A DNA stretch of 64,000 bases. It comes from an uncultured Alphaproteobacteria bacterium. GTDB taxonomy: Bacteria > Pseudomonadota > Alphaproteobacteria > JAJFIK01. Location of the stretch: NCBI GenBank assembly GCA_964474635.1, contig CAYYTT010000003.1, forward strand, positions 20,017 to 84,016, in the 5' to 3' direction. A program made the position numbers and the translations under genes. The notes below the pieces were generated by a model. It saw only the letters and a program-made list of their open reading frames with translations. It did no database searches and had not been told where the DNA came from. Below, piece after piece: positions 8,561 to 17,669 of the stretch. Every line of letters starts with the position of its first letter. Position 1 is the stretch's first letter.

Positions 8561-9715
8561 GTGCGCGACTTTACGACGGAAAATTGGAGCGATGCTCCGC
8601 ACAACCAGCAAAGCTTTCAGCAGGTGCAGTCCCTGTTCCCCACGGCACGTCTGCGTCGCGGGGCAGAAGGTCCAAGCGCGCTGTCGCAGCGGCAACAAGA
8701 CATTACGCGAATTGAATATGATAGTGTGGACGGATCAAAACGGACCATCGCCCATTTTCTCGAGAACTCCTATAATGATGCTTTTCTGGTTGTGAAGGAT
8801 GGCGCCATCATTGCCGAGCATTACGACAATGGCATGGGCCCGGACAGCCTGCACCTCATCAACTCAATCTCAAAATCTTTCCTAGGCATGCTGGCAGGCA
8901 TCCTCGCCGGTCAGGGGTTGCTCGATCCAGAGAAAAAGGTGTCCGCCTACATCCCCGAATTCGCCGCCAATGCCTTCGCGCACACGACGGTTCGGGAGGT
9001 TCTGGATATGACGGCGGCCGTGAAATTTGGCGAGGACTACGACACACCGGACGATGATTTCTGGACCGAGACCTCCGTCGTCGGATGGCGTCCCGCCTTG
9101 GTCAAGCCGGGGGCACCGCATACCTTGTTCGACTACGCCCTGTCGCGGACCGAAACGGTCCAGGCGGACGGTGCGGGTTTCAAGTACCGCACGCTCCTTA
9201 CCAATGTGCTCGGCATGGTCATTGAACGGGCCGTCGGACGTCCGCTCCAAGATCTCATGGAAGAGGAGTTGATCCAGAAGCTCGGCTTCGAACAGGACTG
9301 CACTGTCGTGGTGGATCGCCAGGGCTTTCCCTATATCGGCGCTGGCATGAGTGTGTGTGCCCGCGATCTTGCGCGCTTCGGCCTGATGCTGATGAATGGC
9401 GGGACCTGGAATGGACGCCAGGTCGTGCCGGCGGGCTGGGTCGCCGGAACACTGTCGGGCGATGATGATCTGCGCAGGTCTTTTGCCAACAGCGCGTATG
9501 GTGAGGGACTGCCCGGCGGTCACTATCGAAACCAGTGCTGGGCCCACAAAGATCTGGGCCTCATTATCTGTATTGGTATCCATGGACAGACAATTGTGAG
9601 CCATCCGGCGACGAAAACGGTGATCGTGAAGCTCACCAGTCATCCGCAGCCCGCGCCGACGCATTTTTACACCGATGTCTTTTCGGCCAGCCTGACCATT
9701 GCGGCGGCCCTTTAA
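8561..9715 (+). CDS. serine hydrolase, beta-lactamase/transpeptidase-like (class C type)
   Basis: GTG start at 8561 with GGAGGGAAG upstream. S-x-x-K motif (SISKSF). Family-typical length. Confidence 0.8.
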   Translation: MRDFTTENWSDAPHNQQSFQQVQSLFPTARLRRGAEGPSALSQRQQDITRIEYDSVDGSKRTIAHFLENSYNDAFLVVKDGAIIAEHYDNGMGPDSLHLINSISKSFLGMLAGILAGQGLLDPEKKVSAYIPEFAANAFAHTTVREVLDMTAAVKFGEDYDTPDDDFWTETSVVGWRPALVKPGAPHTLFDYALSRTETVQADGAGFKYRTLLTNVLGMVIERAVGRPLQDLMEEELIQKLGFEQDCTVVVDRQGFPYIGAGMSVCARDLARFGLMLMNGGTWNGRQVVPAGWVAGTLSGDDDLRRSFANSAYGEGLPGGHYRNQCWAHKDLGLIICIGIHGQTIVSHPATKTVIVKLTSHPQPAPTHFYTDVFSASLTIAAAL

Positions 9716-9793
9716 GGGCTGGCCATCGACTGGGTGCCGCGGCCCGCTCCGTCCCCTGGAGGACCTTTGCCCGCCCGGGCGCAAGGCCCCAGT

Positions 9794-9852
9794 CCCCGCT
9801 TGCCAGGTCCGGCCCCGCTTGCCAGGTCTGGCCCCGCTTGCCAGGTCCGGCA
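9794..9852. repeat. 3 x 19-20 bp tandem repeat (cccgcttgccaggtccggc)
   Basis: Direct reading of the sequence; intergenic. Confidence 0.9.
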
Positions 9853-9930
9853 ATGCGGGTGACATTCCCGTTACATGCCGGTAGTTTACGTCGCGTAATA
9901 GGGGTGCCGGGCGCAATGCTCGAGGATCTT

Positions 9931-9958
9931 GGCCCAGGCGTCATGGCCCAGGCGTCAT
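9931..9958. repeat. 2 x 14 bp tandem repeat (ggcccaggcgtcat)
   Basis: Direct reading of the sequence. Confidence 0.85.
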
Positions 9959-10135
9959 AGGTTGGGCGCATCGGGGCTGGGCACGCCGGCGTGATCGAGC
10001 AATATACCCTTTTTGGGTCAGGCTGGGTTGCCCCCATTGTTCTTTCGATGCGTCGCATGGTGGGCCCTGTCCCTTGGGTCCCGGGGCCGGCCGAAAGGGT
10101 GTGGGCGGACGCGTCCATGACGGGAAGGATGGGCC

Positions 10136-12724
10136 ATGAGCGAGCGTGAAGACCTGTTCGCCGCCGAAGGACTGGACGGCGAAGAGGATATTGCCCCGCC
10201 GCCTGCCCGCGGCACGCCGGTCACCCGGTTCTTCCAATCGATCACGGGCAGCTCGTGGTCGATCATTGCCATCCTTGCCAGTCTTGCCATCTCCATCGTC
10301 TCTTTCAAGACGACTTTCCAGGGCATGACGGATTATCTGGGCGCGGAACCACCCTTTGGCTTTGCCCTGTCATTTTTGCTGACCTTCGGGGTCCAGAGCC
10401 TGCTTTTCATTGTCAGTTGGCTTATTGCCTATGCCATTTTTGAGCGCAGGCTGTTTCAGACGGTCAGCTTTACGATCATCTGGGCGATTTCCATGGCGGT
10501 CTCGGTCGGCTTCTCGTTTGTCGATCTTTACGACGGGCGCCTGAAGGCCGGCGGCGGCGCGGTGGAGGCCCAGGAGGCGGGCCGCATGGGCCGGGCCACC
10601 AGCCTCGCGACCGACACGATCCTGGATTTGCGCGAGCAGATGGACGCCCAGCGGACCCGGATCTTCAAGGATTTCCGCAGCCAGGACACCTATCTGACCT
10701 TCAAGGAAACCGAAGATCGCATCCGCCAGCTCGCCACCAATCCGCCGGCGGAGGTCGCGGACGTCTTTCGACGGCAACTGGCTCAATACAAGACCGAACG
10801 CGATGACATCATCCAGGCGCGCAACACGCTCGCCGTGGACCTGAGCCGCGTCGACCAGGACATCGCGGCGGTCCAAACGGCCATCAACCAGGCCCAGGGC
10901 GAGTTGATGGCCTATATGGACAGCAACGCCGAACAGAAAGCCGGCGCGGAAAAAATACTGGTCCAGCTTGAGCCGCGCGTGATCGCACTCACCCAGCAGG
11001 TCGAGAATGAAATCGCCGGACGCGGATCGCGATATGCCGAGACCGTGGGGCGCCCCGGATGCGGGCGCGTGTGCCAGGAACTGCAAAGGGAACTCAACCC
11101 CCTGCGCCTGAAGGTGCAAGAAGCCAAGATCCTTGTCGAAACGATCACGGCCCGCGAACGCGAGCTTCAAGGCAAAATCGATGCGCTCGAAACGGAGCTT
11201 GTCGGGCTCCAAGGACAGCGCAGGGGCTTGCTGGCCGACACTGAAACGCCGCCGACCGCCACCTCCATGGCACAAGGGCCAGGTGGGCGGTCCCTTGAGA
11301 GCCGGTCCGATGGCGGGCTCTCCGTACCCGCCGCAACGATCCTTGACGCCCAGGACCAGCGTCTCGCGTTCCTCGACGCCCGCATCGCGCTTTTTGACGG
11401 CAGCAACAATCCTGTCCGGGCCATTTCCGCGCGCATTATCGAAAACATCAACGCGTTCGAGAAAAACCAGGATCTCGACGCCTTCGATGAAGCCATCGAA
11501 CTGTGTCGCCGGGTGGCGGCCATGGATGGCGGGGCCTTCGTTCACCGTGGTCGTGCGCCCGATGATGTGTGCCCGGGTGTCCAGGACAATCCGGTCTTTG
11601 CGGTCCTTGCGGGCTACAATGCCCAGCGGGCGCGATTTGACGCCACCTGTGGCGGGCGCACCGACGAGGGTCTGGGTCAGACCCTGGCGCGGCTGCGCTC
11701 CGCTGATGACATGTTCGCCCTGACGACGACCTGTATCCAGGAATCGGGACTGCGCGGGGCGGCAATCGATGGGCTGTGGGCGGATTTGCGCAACAAGATG
11801 CAGCGCTGGAGCCCGACCGCCAGCAAAACCGACAAGGCCTACACGGCCCTGATCGAGGATAAGGAAACGGCGGCCCTGATGTCCTTTGGCATTGCGCTGG
11901 TCATGGACTTCCTGGTGCTGCTCGTGGCCATCGGCGGCCAGCAGATGCAATCGGTCGAGACCCTCCACCGGGAGGGGAAAACCGACCTGTTCAAGGACGG
12001 TATGGCCAATCTCACCGTGATGGAGACCGACAGCCCGCGGGCCCGGTCCATCAAGATGTTCCTGAAGCACTGCCATTTCCGCGGCGACGGCAGCGGCCGG
12101 GTCAATCTCGACGGGCTGAGCGGTGACGAGTACCGGGACTCACTCAGTACGCTGCACATGCTGATGGCCAACCGTCAGGCCTTCATCCAGGACGAGCAGC
12201 AGCCTTCGGTGATCACCATCACCAAATCGGGCCACCGGCGCCTGATGACTTTGCTGCAGCGGGATCCGAGCCAACGGGCACGGCGTGATTTCACCTCCCC
12301 CGCCGATCGCCGCTACGGTCCTGGCGCCAACTTTACCTTCTGGACGCCGAAGGGCGCCGCGCCCAGCACCACGGACAAGGGCCCGGATCGCATTTTCAGG
12401 GGCTGGCCCTCCATCGCCGCCAATGATTCCCAGGATGCGGCGGGCGGGCAGTCGCGTCCCGCCTCGGGCGGTACGGCGCGCCCCGCCGATCCCCGCCGCA
12501 TGCCCCCGCGCGCGGCCGGAACGGCGGCCGGGCAAGAGTGGAGCCTCAGGGAACCCGAGAGCCGCGAGCATCTGGTCCGCGAGACCGGCTCCGTCCGTGA
12601 AGACCCCGCTCATGGGGCCGATCTCCGGGACGATAACCCCGATCAGGGGCAATCCTCGTCAGAGCCCCCGCGCCAGCAGGCCGCATATCCCAATCTCGAC
12701 AATCTCTACATCCGCCGGTCCTGA
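10136..12724 (+). CDS. uncharacterised polytopic membrane / long coiled-coil protein (862 aa) with disordered Pro/Arg/Gly-rich C-terminal tail
   Basis: ATG at 10136 with GAAGGA upstream. 3-4 TM helices at residues about 40-130. About 430 aa of heptad-like charged helical sequence. C-x3-C pair (GCGRVCQ). Another TM near residue 590. Last about 170 aa low-complexity. Confidence 0.7.
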   Translation: MSEREDLFAAEGLDGEEDIAPPPARGTPVTRFFQSITGSSWSIIAILASLAISIVSFKTTFQGMTDYLGAEPPFGFALSFLLTFGVQSLLFIVSWLIAYAIFERRLFQTVSFTIIWAISMAVSVGFSFVDLYDGRLKAGGGAVEAQEAGRMGRATSLATDTILDLREQMDAQRTRIFKDFRSQDTYLTFKETEDRIRQLATNPPAEVADVFRRQLAQYKTERDDIIQARNTLAVDLSRVDQDIAAVQTAINQAQGELMAYMDSNAEQKAGAEKILVQLEPRVIALTQQVENEIAGRGSRYAETVGRPGCGRVCQELQRELNPLRLKVQEAKILVETITARERELQGKIDALETELVGLQGQRRGLLADTETPPTATSMAQGPGGRSLESRSDGGLSVPAATILDAQDQRLAFLDARIALFDGSNNPVRAISARIIENINAFEKNQDLDAFDEAIELCRRVAAMDGGAFVHRGRAPDDVCPGVQDNPVFAVLAGYNAQRARFDATCGGRTDEGLGQTLARLRSADDMFALTTTCIQESGLRGAAIDGLWADLRNKMQRWSPTASKTDKAYTALIEDKETAALMSFGIALVMDFLVLLVAIGGQQMQSVETLHREGKTDLFKDGMANLTVMETDSPRARSIKMFLKHCHFRGDGSGRVNLDGLSGDEYRDSLSTLHMLMANRQAFIQDEQQPSVITITKSGHRRLMTLLQRDPSQRARRDFTSPADRRYGPGANFTFWTPKGAAPSTTDKGPDRIFRGWPSIAANDSQDAAGGQSRPASGGTARPADPRRMPPRAAGTAAGQEWSLREPESREHLVRETGSVREDPAHGADLRDDNPDQGQSSSEPPRQQAAYPNLDNLYIRRS

Positions 12725-12775
12725 CGCCGCCTTCGAATGGCGGGACGGCGCGCGGAAAGACCGGCGGTGATGTCG

Positions 12776-13867
12776 TCACATGAACGCGTCCAACGGATAG
12801 GTGAGTTGGCCCTGGCGCCCCGTGACGAGATACATGAACGGGTCCACGATCATGAAGGGCTGCCAATAGCGCCGGGCTTCCATTTCCGGGTAAAGGGCAA
12901 AGGAGCGCTGCAGAAAACTCAGCCCCCCCTCCCCGGGCGCCTGGATCAGCATGCCGTCCCGGTGCAGATCGTAATTGGCGCAGCCATTCTTGATCACGAA
13001 GCCGTAGACGGACACCGGGCACAGGCAGATCTCGACAGGCCGTCCCGACGCGGTCTTCTTGCCCATGAGACCAAGGAGCGAGCGCCGAAGCGCGTCGTCA
13101 TCAAGGACAACTTCAAGCACCGCACGCTGAAACTCCCGCGGATCGAGCGCGGCTTCGATGGCTTCCCGACCAAAGGCGGTCCAGCGGGTCTCATATTTGG
13201 TCAGACACAGGACGAGCCGCTCGACCCGGCAATCGGGCGACCGCAACCGGTTGAACAGCCGGACATAGTTCAAGACCACATTCGCGTCGCCATCGGCGCG
13301 ATAGGTGGCGGGAAGACAGACCATCAAATGGCGCACCCGGGAGATCCAGGCCTCCGCCTCCTGCATGCGGATCCGCTCGCGCGCGCCGGCCCGCAAGGCC
13401 GACTCCACCCCTGGAAAGGCCAGCCCGCCGGCCAGATCCGTGATCGTCAGGGGGATCGACTCAAGCTCGCCGCGTTCGGCCGGGTCCCCCAGATCGCCGA
13501 CCTCAACACTTTTGCGGGCCGACCGGCGCTTGGCTTTCGCACCAGGGTCCTCGTAGTAATCAAGGCGCAGATCATAATGCAGCGGCCGGTCCTCCGGCGT
13601 CGCCGCGTAATGGCCACCATTGGTCAGGGACTGTATGACCTGCGTTGAGACATGTTCGATGGTCCCGGTTGGATCGGCCGAATCGGGCAGAGGCCGCTCA
13701 TCGGACAGGAACACCGGGTGTTCTTCGGGAAAGCTGTGCAGACTCTGGTCCGCCAGTTTCAGCGTCGCCGACAGGAGAGCAGTTTTACCCGATTGGCGTT
13801 GACCCACGAGGGCGATTCCGAGTTTTCCACCGTCGTTGGTTTTGATCATCTTTTCTGAATTGGACAT
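12776..13867 (-). CDS. stand-alone P-loop GTPase (364-372 aa), uncharacterised family
   Basis: G1 GQRQSGKT, G3-like ITDLAGG about 120 aa downstream, G4 LCLTKYE (TKxE). First ATG at 13867 (track start 13894 is GTG). Convergent with the 862-aa gene and divergent from the 1173-aa gene. Confidence 0.7.
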   Translation of the reverse strand: MSNSEKMIKTNDGGKLGIALVGQRQSGKTALLSATLKLADQSLHSFPEEHPVFLSDERPLPDSADPTGTIEHVSTQVIQSLTNGGHYAATPEDRPLHYDLRLDYYEDPGAKAKRRSARKSVEVGDLGDPAERGELESIPLTITDLAGGLAFPGVESALRAGARERIRMQEAEAWISRVRHLMVCLPATYRADGDANVVLNYVRLFNRLRSPDCRVERLVLCLTKYETRWTAFGREAIEAALDPREFQRAVLEVVLDDDALRRSLLGLMGKKTASGRPVEICLCPVSVYGFVIKNGCANYDLHRDGMLIQAPGEGGLSFLQRSFALYPEMEARRYWQPFMIVDPFMYLVTGRQGQLTYPLDAFM

Positions 13868-13894
13868 CAACTCGCCATTACCGCTGAGATACAC

Positions 13895-14051
13895 AACGCT
13901 TTACTGATTTAACCGCCTGATTAGTGGGATGAACATTTAGCAACTTCACGAAAAAAGGTAAAATTACTTGAAATCGCATAGCGCAAATTCAATCTTGCTT
14001 GATTTTACATCTTTAGAGAAACATTATACGACAGTAACAGTCTGATTTTCG
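13895..14051. promoter_or_regulatory. AT-rich (about one-third GC) divergent promoter island between the GTPase gene and the 1173-aa gene
   Basis: Sharp composition drop relative to flanks. Contains TTGATT / TTTACA ... TATACG sigma70-like hexamers and A/T tracts. Confidence 0.55.
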
Positions 14052-17000
14052 ATGAGTGTCATTATGCCCCCCTGGGTTACTCCGTTCTGGGATCGCGCGG
14101 CCGATACCGTGTTTCTGGTGGTCAATCGCGAGAAAATCACGAATTCCGCTGACTTTCTACTGATCCTGGGCGCCGAAACTGAAATGCCGGAGCGTATTCT
14201 CGCGCAGATTCCCCTTACGCCCCTGGATCTCACGCCCTTGGGGCTTGCCACGCCGTTCCTGTTCATCCCGGCCCTCTCGGACGATCGTTTCGCGGTCCAT
14301 CTGGAGCTTTGGAGCCGGGATGGCCGCGTCGACCGGCACACGCTCCTGTTTGATGCCGGCGTCGCGCCGGACCGGCTCCAGGCCCTGCCGGAGGGCGAAG
14401 GCCATGGCCAGCCGCTTGGCGCGGGCGCGCGCGCCATTGTGCTCAATCCGGCCACTTTGCCGCGCTTTTACAATCCGCTCGATGACGGTCCCTTGACGGA
14501 AGTCCTCCTGCCGGGCGGGCTCGCCGGCGCGGGCCATGGGGCCGACACGAGGATCACCGAGGCCAGGCTCAATGGCGGCACGGTGGTCCTGTCTCCAGCC
14601 TCGGGCGGGACGGTCGGTCCGTGCTGGGAACATGTGGGCAGTCAGGAACCGCTTCACGCGGGCGTCGCCACATTGGATCTGGAGGACCGGGGCAACCCGT
14701 GGGCCGGCGAGGCCTTGCAGATCTGGGTTGACCTGGGCCCCGAGGAGGCCCGGGCCGTGGAAATCAACCGCCGGCTCGTCTTCGGGTTCGAGCGCTATGC
14801 GGACCCGGTCGATTTCCGGGCGCGGCGCCGGAGCGGGGACAAGCAGTTCGGTGTACAGCCCACATTTGTCTACGGCGAGGACGACGGCACGCCTTTTGGC
14901 TGCACACGCACCTTAAGGCGCCTTGGTTCATCCGACCACGGGACGGTCCGGTGGATCGCCCAGTGCGACTTTCATGGTCTGGCCCATCTGGATCGGGCCT
15001 TTGTGCTGCACGCGGGCGGCGCGCGCCTTTATCTGGGCTCCAGCAGTGCGGATATCGACGAAGCCGCTATCCACGCCTTCGCGTTCATGGGGCGCCGGGC
15101 CCTGCGTGACAAGGCGGCCGGCCAGGCCGTGCTGGCGGCCTTCCGCCGGCGTCGTCCGGGTCCGGACCGGCGCACGCTTGCGGACGGCAGTCATGTGGCC
15201 GTGGCGGCCGGACGGGCCCTCGACATGACGCTGCCGGGCCAAGGCCTCCTTGCCGAAGCCGCCTATCAGATTTTCGTCAATCGGATCGCCGGACCGGATG
15301 CCCCGCCGGGACGGGTGGACAGTTATCGCCGCTGCCTGGAGGCGCTGGGCGTCGATTTCCACCACGCTGGCAGTGTGCTTGCCAATGCCGAAAGCGTCTT
15401 TGCCCTTCTCCACCCCCAACTGCGTCTCCAGGCCCAGGATGCCGCCGACCGGGGGGCCTTCGAAGCCCAGCAGGAGCCGCTGACCTGCCTCGACATCATG
15501 GGCGTCACGTTGGAGCGCCAGGTGGACGGCGGCCTGGACTGGACGCGCAGCCTGGAGGGCGAGGACCGGACCATGGGCTTTTTGGCCTTCAGTGCCGGTC
15601 TCACCCTGGCGCCCTTCATCCGGGCACGAATTCCCTTCGACCCCAACCTGACCGACGATCAGCTCAGTGACCTCGACACGCTCACGGCCCTTGTGCGCCT
15701 GCCAGGCCTCGATGACGCGGTGAACCGGTATCTTGCCGATGGACGCGGGCCGGCGCGCGAGGGCGGTGCGGTGACCCGGGACGGGCTGAAGACCATCACC
15801 CAACGCTGCGCCCGGATCGAGGACGCGCTCAACGCCTATCGGCGCGAACTTGTCCTGGTCGTCGATACCCTGCCCGAGGGCTCGGTGCTGCGGACCGAGA
15901 TCGCCGAACGCTTCCTCCATGATGTGCAGGGCGACAACCCCTTGCAGATGGCCGGCGCCTTTGTCGAAGGGGTGCGCTTTGCGGCGGCCTGGAACCGCCG
16001 CAGCGGCGGCGCCTCCACACTGGGCGCCTTCGATGCCCTATTGCCCGTCGACGCCGCCGCTTTGGGCCAGATCGGTCGGGCGGGCCGCTGGTCCACCCTG
16101 AGCGATACCGTCTTGATGATCCTGGAGCGGATCCATGCGGATTGGGTGACGCGGACGGATGATGTGGGCAGTGCGCTCCAGGTCTTTGCCCACCGCCTTG
16201 CCCAGGCCAACGGCCAAGAGCCCGTCGACGGCGGCTTTGAGGACGTGCTGAAATCCAGCTTCGACCTTGTGGAACAGGCCTATCGCATCGGGGCCGCCCA
16301 GCCCCACCGCGAGACCGGCGACACCCTGCATTCAACCCTGGATCGGTTGAGCGAGGCGACCCGGGGCCTGCCCGATGCCTTTTTCCAAAGCCAGGCCGGC
16401 GAATTGCTGGCGGCCTTCGTGGATTTCGTCATAGAGCACGGCCCCGATATCAGTGTGGGACTATATTCCATGCTCCGGACCACCGCCGCCCGGGAAGAGC
16501 AACAGGCGACCCTTGACGCCGTGGCCGCGCTTGTGACGCCGGCCCATGCCAAGGCGGCGAGCGCGCAAGTCTCCGATCCAATCCACCAGCTCGACACCAT
16601 CATATTAGGTCTCGAAACGGCCATGGCCGACACGCTGGACGAGGCGCAGACCGCGCAGGAGATCGTCGCCGCAATCCGGACCATGCCCCGCCAGGACGTG
16701 CCAAAAGCCCTCTTGGACTGGGCCGCGGATCTTGAGGCGACGGCCCGCACGGCCCTCACCGCACGGGACCAGGCGGGCACCATGGTTGACGCCATGAACG
16801 CAACCCGGCCGAACGATCCGGAGGCACCGCTCGACCCGCACGAAGTGGTGCCCCATCTCGATGAGCAGATCGCCCGGGTTTTAACCCGGTCCTTGCGCGA
16901 CATGCGCACCCTGATTGCCCGCCAGGAAGCCGTGATCGACAGTTTTGCGGACGACAGTCCGTACCGCGATCAGATGCAAAACCACTTCCGCGAACGGCGC

Positions 17001-17573
17001 ATGGAAGACTTCCTGGGCACCCTGCGCGATGAGCGCTATCTCGCCCAATCCCTGGCGCCGCAGATCCGGGCACTGGGTCTTGACAGTTCCATGATCGAGG
17101 ATCTGGCAGACCTGATGGATGTCTTCGCGCTCGACAATCCACTCTTCGCCGGGCGCATGAACATGCCGGACCTGCGTGAGCTGCGCCGCCTGATCACGCA
17201 AGGCCACAGTCCGACAACAGAGGAAATCGAAGCGATCCAGTCGGAGTTGGACCGGCTGCGCGCCCTGATCGAGGCCGAAGACCCCGCGCTCACCCCCGTT
17301 GGATTTCTGGATCGCCGCCGCAAAGAGTTCCGGGACAAGCTGCGCCGCGTCCGGGAACTTGTCACCCACTATTCCACCAATCCGGAGCAGCTGGCGCTGG
17401 CGCCCTCGGTCGGGCAGGTGGAACTGGCGCGCGAGGGCCTGAAATGGTGGCGCCCGCTCTATGACGCAGACCGGCGCCAGATCGATCCCGTCCTGCGCCA
17501 GGCCCTCGACGCTCAAGATCTGCTTGTCCCGGACGATGACGGCGACGACCAGTCCGTGATCACCTTGCGCTAA
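14052..17573 (+). CDS. uncharacterised large protein (1173 aa), predominantly alpha-helical, no recognisable motifs
   Basis: Uninterrupted ORF with protein-like composition throughout. ATG at 14052 (alternative ATG at 14064). Confidence 0.7.
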   Translation: MSVIMPPWVTPFWDRAADTVFLVVNREKITNSADFLLILGAETEMPERILAQIPLTPLDLTPLGLATPFLFIPALSDDRFAVHLELWSRDGRVDRHTLLFDAGVAPDRLQALPEGEGHGQPLGAGARAIVLNPATLPRFYNPLDDGPLTEVLLPGGLAGAGHGADTRITEARLNGGTVVLSPASGGTVGPCWEHVGSQEPLHAGVATLDLEDRGNPWAGEALQIWVDLGPEEARAVEINRRLVFGFERYADPVDFRARRRSGDKQFGVQPTFVYGEDDGTPFGCTRTLRRLGSSDHGTVRWIAQCDFHGLAHLDRAFVLHAGGARLYLGSSSADIDEAAIHAFAFMGRRALRDKAAGQAVLAAFRRRRPGPDRRTLADGSHVAVAAGRALDMTLPGQGLLAEAAYQIFVNRIAGPDAPPGRVDSYRRCLEALGVDFHHAGSVLANAESVFALLHPQLRLQAQDAADRGAFEAQQEPLTCLDIMGVTLERQVDGGLDWTRSLEGEDRTMGFLAFSAGLTLAPFIRARIPFDPNLTDDQLSDLDTLTALVRLPGLDDAVNRYLADGRGPAREGGAVTRDGLKTITQRCARIEDALNAYRRELVLVVDTLPEGSVLRTEIAERFLHDVQGDNPLQMAGAFVEGVRFAAAWNRRSGGASTLGAFDALLPVDAAALGQIGRAGRWSTLSDTVLMILERIHADWVTRTDDVGSALQVFAHRLAQANGQEPVDGGFEDVLKSSFDLVEQAYRIGAAQPHRETGDTLHSTLDRLSEATRGLPDAFFQSQAGELLAAFVDFVIEHGPDISVGLYSMLRTTAAREEQQATLDAVAALVTPAHAKAASAQVSDPIHQLDTIILGLETAMADTLDEAQTAQEIVAAIRTMPRQDVPKALLDWAADLEATARTALTARDQAGTMVDAMNATRPNDPEAPLDPHEVVPHLDEQIARVLTRSLRDMRTLIARQEAVIDSFADDSPYRDQMQNHFRERRMEDFLGTLRDERYLAQSLAPQIRALGLDSSMIEDLADLMDVFALDNPLFAGRMNMPDLRELRRLITQGHSPTTEEIEAIQSELDRLRALIEAEDPALTPVGFLDRRRKEFRDKLRRVRELVTHYSTNPEQLALAPSVGQVELAREGLKWWRPLYDADRRQIDPVLRQALDAQDLLVPDDDGDDQSVITLR

Positions 17574-17611
17574 AAACCGGTCCCGTAAGGACGATCACGC
17601 AATACGGCACA

Positions 17612-17647
17612 AGCCGGCGCACCGCTCCAGGGCGCACCGGCTTTTCT
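17612..17647 (+). terminator. possible intrinsic terminator (imperfect GC hairpin plus TTTTCTC)
   Basis: agccggcgcacc...ggcgcaccggcttttctc between the convergent 1173-aa gene and the pirin gene. Confidence 0.35.
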
Positions 17648-17669
17648 CACGCCGCCTTACTGGCTTGGT

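Noticed and set aside
10370-12076. 568-aa minus-strand ORF antisense to the 862-aa gene
   Set aside because: Low-complexity Gly/Arg/Ala/Pro-rich translation with no motifs. Typical GC-driven shadow ORF. The plus-strand frame has TM helices and coiled-coil periodicity.
14928-17516. Several 200-330-aa minus-strand ORFs inside the 1173-aa gene
   Set aside because: Arg/Gly/Ala-rich shadows. The plus frame is uninterrupted for 3.5 kb with protein-like composition.
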